DNA from: Octopus sinensis
Taxonomy: Eukaryota
Direction: 5' to 3'
DNA length: 64,000 bases
Assembly (NCBI RefSeq): GCF_006345805.1
Contig: NC_043005.1
Coordinates: 47,306,001-47,370,000 of the forward strand
The position numbers and the translations under genes are program-made. A model generated the notes under the pieces. It had not been told where the DNA came from. It saw only the letters and a program-made list of their open reading frames with translations, and did not search any database. Below are positions 52,190 through 64,000 of the stretch, one piece after another (position 1 is the stretch's first letter; the number at the start of each line of letters is the position of its first letter).

Positions 52190-52575
52190 ATCATGATAGA
52201 TCGCTAGCCACACATTCTTTATTTTCTCTCCTTGTTTCTTTCTGTGGAAGAGCGTAGCCTCGAAATGTTAAAGACTTTTTCACTTCCCGACCACGTTATA
52301 CTAATACATCTCTTTGTTGTCTATGCCACCTGTTTTCGTCTTGTTTTTTTTTAATTCTCCCTATATATATACATATATATCAGTTGCCATGATAGATCGT
52401 TAGCCACTACACACATTTTTTTTCTCTCCTTGTTTATTTCTGTGTCCGTTTGTGTAGAAGTGGGTAGGCTCGAAACGTAAAAGACTTTTTCTATTCCTGA
52501 GTGTTATACTAATACATGTGTTTGTTTTGTACACCACCAGTCTTCGTCTTTTGTTTTTTCATAAACTCTCCCTAT
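52190..52575 (+). mobile_element. Two head-to-tail family B copies
   Basis: CATGATAGATCG(C/T)TAGCCAC start repeated at about 52192 and 52388; both end CTCCC(TA)n. Confidence 0.8.
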
Positions 52576-53409
52576 ATATATACATATATATAGGGAGAAT
52601 TTACAAAAAAACAATAGTAATAATATTCCCGAATATTATTATTATTATTATCATTATATATATTATCATAATAATAATAATAATAATAATATAATAATAA
52701 TAATAATATTCGAGAATAAATTATTATTCTAACCTTACAGGTAAAATTCAGTATAGTAATATTAGACCAAATTTCGTAATATATAATATATGTATATAAC
52801 TAACTCACAGCATGGTTTGGGATGGGTTCTTCATTGACTGAGTTGTGGAATGGTGTTTCATCTTTAAATTAGTTATATATATATATGTTGGATATGTTGG
52901 TGTTTACACTTAGTGGCTTGGCAAAAGAGAAAGATAAAATAAGTACTAGGCACAAAAAATAAATAAGTATTTGGTTCAATTCCTCTGACTAAAATTTTTA
53001 AAGACAGTACTGTAGCATGGCCACAGTCTCATGGCTGAAATGAATAATAGCTAAAAAAATCATACCATACCTGAATAATTAACTATGAAATTAACAGTTA
53101 AAATTCTGTGATGATGGTATAATTTGTTACCGTGTAATTCTTTTGGTCCCTTTGTGACAATTAATGGACAAAATTCTTAGTGGTATTTTATCCGTCTTTA
53201 TGATCTGCATTCAAATTCTACTGAGGTTGACTTGGCCTTTCATCTTTTCAGGGCCAATAAATTAAATACCAGTAGAGAATTGGGGTCGGTGTTATCGACT
53301 TAACCTCTCCCTCAAAATTTCAAGCCTTATTCCTATAGTAGAAAAGATTATTTATAACATTATCTGCTTCAAGATTCCCTAAAAGAATTATATATATATA
53401 TATATATTA

Positions 53410-53612
53410 TAACGAGAAGCTTTATGAAAATAAACAAAAGACGAAGGCACGTGGAGTACAAACAAACAATTGTATTAGTATGGCGCTCAGGAATATAAAT
53501 AAAACAAGTCTTTTACGTTTCAAGCCTACGCTCTTCAACAGAAAGATACACAGAAAAGAAACATGGAGAGAAACAAGGAGAGAAAAAAAAATGCGTGCAG
53601 AAGCTAGCGATG
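53410..53612 (-). mobile_element. Family B copy
   Basis: Near-identical to 4948-5145; hammerhead-like motif at 53509-53546. Confidence 0.8.
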
Positions 53613-55164
53613 TAATATGTGACAATTATTTGGTAGCCAAGATAAAATTCCGAGTTTCGGAAAAATGCTATGACTATATATATATATATGCACTCTCTCC
53701 TCTTCTGTCTTTGATTTTTTTTCTCTCAGTGTTTGCGTGGGAGTGTGTATGTAGCATCCATTTACCCATTAACTGCTATTAAAATAACATGCTATATGTT
53801 CGTCTGTTTTTTTGCAAATAGGATTATAGTTCATTGGTCTATGAAACTCATCTTTTAAAATGAAATATTTTTTATTTCAATTATCAAGATATTTTCATCT
53901 CCCATCATCATCATCATCATTGTATTTATGTCCACTTTTCTATGCTTGCTTATATCAGATAGAATTTTGTGGAAGCAAATTTTTTTTATAACACAGTGCC
54001 CTTTCTGTCACCATCTCTCACCTGTTTCTATAATGGGACATGTTTTCATGGAAGATTAGAAATGAAAATGGCATTTGTTTACAATTTCCATGTAATATCA
54101 AAGCAAGGAGGCAAGGAAACACAATACTATGCACACACTTACACATGCACATACACACACACATGCACGAACACATGCACATACACACACACACACATGC
54201 ACGAACACATGCACACACACACAAACAAAAATATATATGTTGAGCTTTATTGGCCTGGAGCTATAGCAGAAGACACTTGCCCAAAATGCCAAGCAGTGGA
54301 CATGAACTTGGAACAATGTAGTTAAGAAGCAAACTGCTTACCACACAGCTATAACTGTGCCTCAAAGCAAAAATTTTAATCCCATTAGCAACTCATTTGA
54401 GAAATTCAAATATTTCGCATTTCCGAATATTATTTCATTTTCATAAAATATTTTCACTATTTCTATATAAATTTTTAAAGACAGTACTGTAGCATGGCCA
54501 CAGTCTCATGGCTGAAATGAATAATAGCTAAAAAAATCATACCATACCTGAATAATTAACTATGAAATTAACAGTTAAAATTCTGTGATGATGGTATAAT
54601 TTGTTACCGTGTAATTCTTTTGGTCCCTTTATTCAAATTCTATCAGGATCAACTTTACATTCTATCATTCTTGGGATCAATGAAATAGGAACTTTGGTAG
54701 AATTGGGTATGGTGTAATTGACTGTCTCCCACTAATAAATTTTGTGGCCTTGTGGACATTTTAGAAATCACTATTTTTATTTATGCAATCAAGGAATGAC
54801 TTAGATTAATTATGAATTTTCAACGTTAATAAATTTATATCTCTTATAAATTCACACAGGAAGCAAAATGCAGTGCTCCCACACTGAGAACTAAAATCAT
54901 CAAGGTTATGGCGTAACTTAGAAATATTTTATGATCATTAGTTTAAAGTAAATGTTTAAGAACGATGTAATACGTATCATGCTTTAAATCAAGATGTAAA
55001 GTCAAACACATGCACTCACACACAAATGTAATTTGTACACTATAAATTAATCAATCACACGCAAACACACTCACACACACTCACTCACACACACACACAT
55101 GCACACACACACACACACATACACACACACACACACTATATGCATAATATATATGAGTGTGATC

Positions 55165-55585
55165 ATTACCACGGCTGCTGACTTGCATCTGTGCTGGTGT
55201 CACATAGAAAAGCACCATTTGAGCATGATTGTTGCCAGCATCGCCTTACTGGCACCTATGCCAGTGGCATGTGAAAAACAACATTCGAGCGTGGTCGTTG
55301 CCAGTGTCACCGGACTGGCTTCTATGCAGGTGGCACGTAAAAAACACCATTTGAACGTGGTCGTTGCCAGTACCACTTGACTGGCCCTTGTGCTGGTGGC
55401 ATGTAAAAGCACTCACTACACTCTCAAAGTGGTTGGCATTAGGAAAGGCATCCAGCTGTAGAAACTCTGCCAGAACAGTTTGGAGCCTGGTGCAGCCTTC
55501 TGGCTTGCCAGTCCTCAGTCAAACCACCCAACCCATGCCAGCACGGAAAGCAGACATTAAACAACAACGATGACGATGATGATTA
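55165..55585 (+). mobile_element. S3 element (sense orientation)
   Basis: Internal repeats, then GGCATCCAGCTGTAGAAAC and (GAT)n tail. Confidence 0.8.
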
Positions 55586-56384
55586 TGATGATATAAACAT
55601 TTATAGATATGCACATATATGTCTATGCATACAAATATTTAAACCTTCACATGTAACACACACACACAGTAGGTGTAAATTATACAGTTATATATATTTA
55701 TGCATGTGTTTGAGTATTTATGTTTTAGTGTATATTAGGTATACACAACATATATACATCCCTATATAAATATACAAACATACATGCATACATATAGTTG
55801 CAGATATAAATGAACGACTGCAGTGATACAAGGATATACATATTTATGCAGGAGTCAGTATTTAATATTGCCCAGAATTTATTTATGAAATCATACTCCC
55901 CACAGAGAGCTTACAGGGTTCACAATCAAAAGATTCAACTTAGTTGGAGTGCATTCTGCTTTAATGTATTAGGAAAATACACATCATTTACTTAAATTCT
56001 ATAGATCTATGTTGATGTTTGTGAAAGGGACTGACACAAAGCATAAGTGAACATTTTCTAAGAGATGTTACAGCAAACGAGCTAATTAATTTCATAGACG
56101 CTATTTGTGTTTACACTTTGACTAAAACATTTGTCTATTAAGTCTCCCATGAGAAAATGTTTGCAGGCCTGTTTGGCAACTGAATTTGAACTAGTTGCAT
56201 CATATTCTCCTTCAGTGTAGTCAGAGCCATGTATGCTGCTCTAAAGTAGAAATATAAGGAATCTGTATAATCTGTGAATAATCAAAAGTTACATTTAGCA
56301 AGCAAGTTTAGTGCAGTATGACTCCTTCGAAATATGATGTTTATATTATTAAAGAATGATGCTACACACATGCCCACACACATA

Positions 56385-57294
56385 CGAGGTGGTGTCAAAA
56401 GGTTCACAGACTAGTTACATTTGATAAAAAAAAATTAATTATTTACCTAGGTTTTACCTTAACATCATCTCTTCAAAATAGTCACCATGTGCAACAATAC
56501 ACAAATCCCAGCATTCCTGCCACTTTTGCAATCCAGCCTGAAAGTCATTCTCCATAGGTGAGTCTCTCTGGATCTCGACAATGTTGTTAAAACAGCGATC
56601 TTTGCACTACATTTTTATCTTGGGGGAAGAAATGGAAGTTTGTAGGTGCTAAATTTGCTGAATAGGGTGGTTTCAGAAGTGCTACCATGTTGCTTTTGGT
56701 GATAAGCTCCTGTGTGAGGGGAGCTCAGTGACAGGGTGAATTGCCATTGTGAAGAATCCAATTCTCCATGCTCTACAAATTCGGTCACTTTCACTGAATG
56801 TCCTCCCTCAAGCACTTCAAAACATTGCAGCAGAATTCTTGATGGACAATCTCACCCTGGGAAATAAATTTTTGATGGACAACACCATATTTCCAGGGAT
56901 GACACTCATAGCAGGTCCTCCAAATCATTTATCATCTTCCAGGGATGTTCTTCTGCTTTTGAAGTGTCCGTGCTACGTGAAACATTGTATACAACCCATT
57001 GCCTCCTCATCGTAAGCTTGCCGATAAATACTTAATGTCTCTACAGCAGACCTCCCTAGTTTAACGCAAGATTTCGTGTTGGCGCTTTGTTCCTGTCCAT
57101 GACAAAATCACAGACTACAGCATACATGAGATCTGAAAGACACAAATTTCACATGCTGCGAAGTAAATACAGTGATGTCACTCAGCACACTGCCTCATGA
57201 AGGTCACTGCTAGCACTCATTGTGCATATGACCCTGTGCTGCCACCTGTTGGTGTGCTACCAAACTAATCCAGGCATTTTTTGATACCACCTTG
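56385..57294 (-). mobile_element. Internally deleted mariner, same family as 23805
   Basis: TA-CGAGGTGGTGTCAAAAGGTTC ... TTTTTTGATACCACCTTG-TA; homologous internal sequence. Confidence 0.85.
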
Positions 57295-57296
57295 TA

Positions 57297-58520
57297 TATA
57301 TGAGGATAAGTCAAAAATTTTGCACTCTCCTGATTCTGTAATTTATTAACACAAAAATACAAGTTGAACAATTACATCATTTTCTGACATTGTGTCCTTG
57401 CTTTCTGGCACACTTCTTCCTGTGACCACAATCTTGTTTATTCTATTGAAGGAGAAGGATTTTGGTTGGTCATACAGCCATTTATGTATTGCTTCCTGTG
57501 CTCCTTCTTCCATAGCAAACTGTTGACCACATGTAGAATGTTTGAGCAGTCCAAAAAGACAATAGTCAGAAGTGACAGTATTTGGACTCTATGCAGAATG
57601 TTCCAGTAACTAGAAATCCAATTTTCCAATAATTTTAACAGTAGGGACAGACACACGTGGCTGTGTATTGTTATGCAACAGTAACACTTGTTTTGACAAC
57701 AGATTGCACATTTAGTGTTAATTACTGGTTTCATTTTGTTGGCCAGCATTTTACTGCAGCCTGCGCTGGCGACGATTGACCATTTTTCCAGGTAATGATC
57801 CAGTACAGGCACTTTCACATCCTAGAATCAGTTAGCATCACTTTTTCTAAGGAACATATAGTCATGAACATTTTTGCTAGCAATTCTGGGTGTTTCTACC
57901 CCATAATCTGCCTTTTGGGTTTCAGCTCAAAGTGATAGACTCTTCTTTCATCCCTTGTGACTATTCTCTCCCAAAAATCTTTGCTCTCATTGTGGTAACA
58001 GTTGAGTGAGCATTGACAGATCTCTACACAATTGCATTTACATGCTTTTGTAAGCTCTTTGTACCTATCTCACATAGACTTTATGCTTGTCATTGATGAC
58101 TTTGTATGAAGAACCATGGTTGACTCACAGAGAACTTGCCACCTCATCGATGGTCACCTGTTGCTAACCAGAAACATCTCTAGATTTTGTTGATTCCTTG
58201 CATCAGTGGTGGAGTTTGCTGGGCATCCTCCACCCTGTTTGTGCTTCATACTTGTCTTTTTTAAACATCTTGGTCCACTGATACACCTAAATCGGCTCCT
58301 CGTTTTGGCTTGTGGATGGCCTGCCTGGGCATACTGTGCTTTCCAGACCTGCAGCCATGTTTGAAGCGATTGTACAACTGCTTGATCTGAGTTTTGCCCA
58401 TGGCATCATCACCAAAGGCTTGCTGAATATACTGGCTGGTTTGAGCTTGACTGTCAACAAGCTTTTGACAAAATTTGATGTTATATCTCTTCTAACTACA
58501 TTCAGTGAAAAGAAAAATCC
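57297..58520 (-). mobile_element. Decayed mariner transposase relics (near full length plus a second 5' fragment)
   Basis: Minus-strand fragments such as DYCLFGLLK, QEAIHKWLYDQPKSF, VYQWTKMFK and GDDAMGKTQIKQ. Confidence 0.75.
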
Positions 58521-58639
58521 AGTGAATATGCACTACATGTCTGTACTCTAGGCACAACTGAGAACTGACGCATTCTATAGGAACAAAAATTTTCATGCAT
58601 GTGCAGGAAGGGAGCAGGCGTCTTCTCCCGCTCAAAGTA

Positions 58640-59290
58640 TTTTGCCCACATGGCATTATTTTGGAGGGAGAAAATATAGTTGGATAGTTTTTTAATGCAC
58701 ACCACTGTATGTATTTCCTTTTTGTTTTTTATAATGATTTTTCTTTGTCAGCTGTTCACCTGAAAAGCTTGTCCTGGCACTAGTCTGTTTTTGTTTGGAA
58801 ACAATGATGATTAATGAAAGAAACAATATCCTGTTGGAAAATATTCAGCTCAAATCAAACTCATTTGACCCATGTAATAGAGAAATTTGCATTAAAACAA
58901 TTGTGATTATGAGGATAATGATAGATATGTGTTTGAATAAAATATATTGTATATATAATATTGTTAGTAGTGATTTTCTGATTGCAGCCTTCCCATGAAA
59001 TCCGGGCTTTGCGCAGCTCTAGCGAACAGTTATGTAAGATTTGCACAAGATATCTTCATGGACAACATTTCTGATTGCCCTTTCTCATACATGGTGATCT
59101 TTTTTAATTGGGGTATCGTGAGGGATTTTCGTTAATGAATTGCCAAACTTGTTGAATATATTTGAGTGTTCTGAGGGTGTCAGAGCATTGGAAATTCATT
59201 TTGCATTTCAATACAAGTGATACCTTTCAATCAGAGGCGTTAAACTCCCTGCAAACTTTGTAGATGAAACATCTATCGATTTTTAAAAAC
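58640..59290 (-). mobile_element. Tc1/Tc3-like relic
   Basis: TIR-like GGATAGTTTTTTAATGCACACCACTG-TA; minus-strand N-terminal HTH-like KSLTIPN*KKITMYEKGQS. Confidence 0.45.
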
Positions 59291-59879
59291 AACCTACCCC
59301 CAAAGCACTACTCAGCCTTTAAGGCCTCTTCATTGTCAAGAAAGATGAGTAAATGACATAAGATTAATTTACATACAGTAATAACTCTCAAATAGCCTGT
59401 ACACACAGCATATATAGGTATACACACACACACACATACACACATGCACACATATAATTGCAGGTATGAACTTGGTATTTCTCCAGTTACATATGTTTCT
59501 GTATTTGATAATGATGTCACACTGTAAGTATAATCCATGGATGTACTTATAAATGCAGTGAGAGAGTCACATAACTGTGATACACAATTAATTAATTTAA
59601 ATATGTAATTAATCATTATTATTCTAATAAAACACTTGTAAAACACAATTATATTATAAACTCTACATGCAATTTATACTTTTCTGTTCTCATTCTAAAT
59701 ATGTTGCTTTCTAAGATTATTTTAGCCAGTCATGTAAATACATGCAAGTCAGTCCCACCTGTGTAACAACACCTAGGAGTTTAATGACCTGTTGTTAATT
59801 GAGCTGTTAATTATTACTGTGGATTTATTTTTGACATCTATACATCGCTTCTCTCTCTCCCTCACTTTCTTTGTCTCTT

Positions 59880-59990
59880 TGCCTCTCCCTTTCTCTCTCT
59901 CTCTCTCTCTGTATGTATACACACACACATATATATATTATATATGCATATGCATATAAACATATGCATATATAATATATATATATACAC

Positions 59991-60064
<74 letters not shown>

Positions 60065-60390
60065 TATGTATACATATGTATATGTATACATATATATATA
60101 TATGTATGTATATATATATATATATACATACATACATACAGACACACATACAAGCATATGTATATTGTTAAAACACTTTTATAAGAATAAATTTACATTT
60201 ATAAACACATACATGTACACCCATATACATTAAGTATATATATATGTGTGTATATATCCATTTATATACACACATACATATACATACATATATACACACC
60301 CACATACACACACACACACACATACATACATACATACATACATACATACATACATACATACATACATACACATATACATACATACATACA
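59880..60390. repeat. Compound (CT)/(TA)/(CA)/(CATA) microsatellite
   Basis: Direct reading. Confidence 0.95.
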
Positions 60391-61324
60391 ATATAATATA
60401 TTTGATACAGAATTATATATATAAGGCTGTATTCTTTTTTCTCAGTGTCTCCATATCTCCGTCTTTGTCTTTCTTAGTCTGTTTGTCTATCTGTCTGTCT
60501 GTCTCTGTCTCTCTCGCTCTCTCTCTCACACACACACACTCTTTATACACACTCATGCAAACATTTCTGTAACATAATACGTATTAAAGATGAACATAGT
60601 TTTGAAATACATAATCATATGTTTAAATAAAATGTAAAATTTCATGCGAATCAAAATTTCAAATGAATAATTTGTAAACGTTTTATTTTTGTTCTTTTAT
60701 TTACTTCATTTGAAGCTTAAATATTACTACATAAAAGCATCATTCAAGTTTGACAATCATTTTTATTTCAAGCATTTCATTCCATGGATTAAGAAGAATT
60801 TTAGCTACAGCAGCAGTAGCTAATGTTGGCACATTGCAATATTAGATTATATAGAACAAAGCAGATTTCTTAAGAAAATAATTAAAATTAATTCCATGAA
60901 TGTATTTCTGAAATTGCAACTGTATCTGTTACCATAATTGGAATTATTATATGATAATTGTATGCATTAACTAGTGTGACCAATGTGCAACAGTTACATA
61001 ATATATTGGTGGTTGATTGTTTAGATGTGTGCATCTATAGACAGGTGTAGGTGTGAATATTTGGTGGGTGTGTCCAGAGGCGCATTTATTAGGGAAACAT
61101 GTATTTACACATACAAATGTAGTATATATATATATGTATATACAGATTTACATATACAAACAAACATACATATATATATATATATATATGATTTTAAAAT
61201 ACATACGTATAAGCATCTGTGCATGTATATGTGTGTGCTTGTGTGTAGAGCATTTACAAAGTGTTTATTTGAATTTTTGTGTGTATATGTACAATATAAC
61301 TATTATTTTCCATTTCTATTTTAA

Positions 61325-61475
61325 TTCTTCTTCTTCTTCTTCTTCTTCTTCTTCTTCTTCTTCTTCTTCTTCTTCTTCTTCTTCTTCTTCTTCTTCTTCT
61401 TCTTCTCATTACTATCATCATCATTATTATTATTGTTATTGTTGTTGTTTTTGTTGTTGTTGTTATTATTATTAC

Positions 61476-61506
<31 letters not shown>

Positions 61507-61752
61507 AATAATAATAATAATAATAATAATGATGATGATGATGATAGTAATAATAATGATGATGATGATGATGATGATAATGATAGTAATAATAATGATG
61601 ATGATGATGATAATGATATAATAATAGTGATAATGATGATGATAATGATATAATAATAATGATGATGATGATAATAATAATAATGATGATGATGATAATG
61701 ATAGTAATAATAGTAATAATAATAATAATAATAATGATAATAATAATAATAA
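61325..61752. repeat. (TTC)n, (ATT)n and (AAT/GAT)n trinucleotide array
   Basis: Direct reading. Confidence 0.95.
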
Positions 61753-61754
61753 GG

Positions 61755-61940
61755 CAGCAAGCTGGCAGAATCATTAGTATGCCAGGCAAAATGCTTAGCA
61801 GTATTCTGCCAAGGTTGACTTTACCTTTCATCCTTTCTTTCAGGGTTGATAAAATAAGTACCAATTGAGTACTGGGTTTGATGTATTCAACTATCCTCCT
61901 CCCCCAAGTTTTAGGCACAAGGCCTGAAATTTGAGGGAGG
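61755..61940 (+). mobile_element. S2 SINE with internal deletion
   Basis: GCTGGCAGAATCATTAG head, AAGGTTGACTTTACCTTTCATCC body. Confidence 0.75.
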
Positions 61941-62400
61941 AGGATTATTATTATTATAAGGATTATTGTTATTATAAGGATTATTATTATCATCATTATC
62001 AATAATTTTGATATGCCACTTTGTTTTTTGTATGTACCTGACATTGTTAAAAGAAATTTTGCTGCTTAAATAAAAATTTTCGATTATGTCTCCTGGAATT
62101 TTTGGAAGAGATTTGAAACTGCCACCTATGTGTTGTATTAACTACTTCTCAACACTCATGCCTACTGGGCCACTGAAGCAACAACTGGCTTAATGAGAAG
62201 AAATTAAGATACTTAAATTTGATGTGTGTGCTGAGCAAGGGAGAGAGGATGTGAGAAAGAGAGAGAGAGAGAGAGAGATGATGGCATGAAACAGTGGCTG
62301 ATAGGTATTTGAATTCCTTTCGACAATTGAACAAAAATTGACACCTAGTTATTAAACAACCAACCACACATACACACACACAACACACACACACACACAC

Positions 62401-62443
<43 letters not shown>

Positions 62444-62689
62444 ATTTGGTTTAGGTCTTCTACCCATTTGAATTCAGCCATACACCAGATAACAATGTTG
62501 TTGCTGAAATGCCAACATCAAACCGCTATACCACATGACCTTTCCCAACCAATCACTCTCATTCAGACCCCAGTGGCAGAAGACTAGCCACATGCTTGAA
62601 ACTCACAGTACCAAGGAGTCTGAATCAAACTGCTTTGATCTATAGATGTAACTCCCAATGAATTTGTTCTTTAATTTGTCTAATCACTC

Positions 62690-62845
62690 ATGTATGCATA
62701 TATTTTTTCTCTCCTTGTTTTTTTCTGTGTATCTTTCTGTCGAAGAGCGTAGGCTCGAAACGTAAAAGACTTTTTCTATTCCTGAGCGCTATACTAATAC
62801 ATTTGTTTGTTTGTACACCTCCTGCCTTTGTCTTTTGTTTCTTTT
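62690..62845 (+). mobile_element. Family B copy (best-preserved motif)
   Basis: Homology to the other B copies. Confidence 0.8.
62732..62769 (+). ncRNA. Minimal type I hammerhead candidate with CUGUCGA core
   Basis: TCTTT-CTGTCGA-A-GAGC-GTAG-GCTC-GAAA-CGT-A-AAAGA: perfect 5-bp stem I, 4-bp stem II, palindromic ACGT, GUA site. Confidence 0.55.
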
Positions 62846-62857
62846 CGTAAACTTTCC

Positions 62858-62894
<37 letters not shown>

Positions 62895-62953
62895 CAAACA
62901 CATGTACACATGTAAATTTATATTATGTATGTATATATTATATATATATATAT

Positions 62954-63002
<49 letters not shown>

Positions 63003-63003
<1 letters not shown>

Positions 63004-63175
63004 GTTAATCCAAACATGAACAAAGAGAAAACACAACAACGTGAGGACGTGGAAAGAAAGGAGGAGGATTAATGTTTCGAGCGGAGCTTTTTGTCAAAAA
63101 CATAGAAAAAGGAAAGGACCAATGAAGGGAAGACGGAGAAAGAAAATCGCCAATGATACACATGCTGTCACATAT
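63003..63175 (-). mobile_element. Family A copy (decayed core)
   Basis: Homologous to 4707-4918. Confidence 0.7.
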
Positions 63176-63936
63176 TGAAGTGGTAACACACACACACACA
63201 CACACACATACACACACACATATATATACCTACATATACAGATACATATATTTATACACACATATTTATACTCACTCTTGTTTGTACATAAATGTATTTC
63301 GAGATATCCATCTAACCCATGCCAGCATGGAAAAAAGGAATAAATGTAAAATGATGAAGATGGGTGTATTGATAGGGATTTATTTATATCCAACCATATT
63401 TAAACATTTATATACACATTTATTTATACTCATATTAATACTCAACATATACATATGTATACATGTGCAAAATTATAGAAGCACACAGATACACAAATAT
63501 TTATGTCCACATATTCAGGCATACACACACTGTAATTAACATATTATAAGTCTGTTTATTTATTCATACATAATTGCAACAAACATTTCTGGAAATCTTG
63601 CACATACTTATTATACATAGACACACTTCTTATTACCTACATATTTATACTAATACACACACACACACACACATATATTTATACAGTTTTATTTGAATAC
63701 ACACATGCACATGAACTATCATATTTATACAAACCTATTTATGAGCAAATTTTTACATGCATTTATGCATACAGCTGTAAACTGCATAAAGATATTTACA
63801 TGCATATTTATAGAAACACTTATTTATACATATATTTTCAAGCACACACAAACCGACACGCACATTCACATATATAGGTAGCCATATTTATTTATACATC
63901 TTTAAATGCACATTTTCACAAAAATTATATTTCTAC

Positions 63937-64000
63937 AGGTGTGGCTACATGGTAAGATATTTGCTTCCCAACCACATGGTTCTGAGTTCAGTCCTACTCT
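63937..64000 (+). mobile_element. S1 SINE head truncated by the window end
   Basis: GTGGCTACATGGTAAG..GGTTCTGAGTTCAGTCC. Confidence 0.75.

Noticed and set aside
4151-63539. Dozens of ORFs rich in YI, CV, HT, MYVC, LSIY, poly-I, poly-M or poly-S
   Set aside because: They are translations of (TA)n, (CA)n, (CATA)n, (AGAT)n and trinucleotide microsatellites that lack stop codons.

Overview
AT-rich, repeat-saturated animal DNA, very probably an Octopus (cephalopod) intronic or intergenic region, inferred from its tRNA-derived SINE families and dense (TA)n/(CA)n/(CATA)n/(GAT)n microsatellites. There is a 100-N assembly gap at 48482-48581. Almost all ORFs in the supplied track are microsatellite artefacts. 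Supported content: four SINE families, several mariner/Tc1 relics, hAT- and piggyBac-type MITEs, an RLE-type LINE relic, a Penelope (GIY-YIG) relic, a complete 525-bp TRIM-like LTR element (113-bp LTRs, tRNA-Ser PBS, PPT, 5-bp TSD) and a CpG-decayed 5S rRNA retrocopy fused to a SINE. A few short candidate host exons cannot be assigned to a gene. The most notable signal is a set of at least four short repeat families carrying minimal type I hammerhead-ribozyme folds with palindromic stem III. One family has a swapped G3-C8 core pair (GUGAACA) and another has a family-wide CUGUNGA core. No database searches or folding programs were run; all structures were read by eye.
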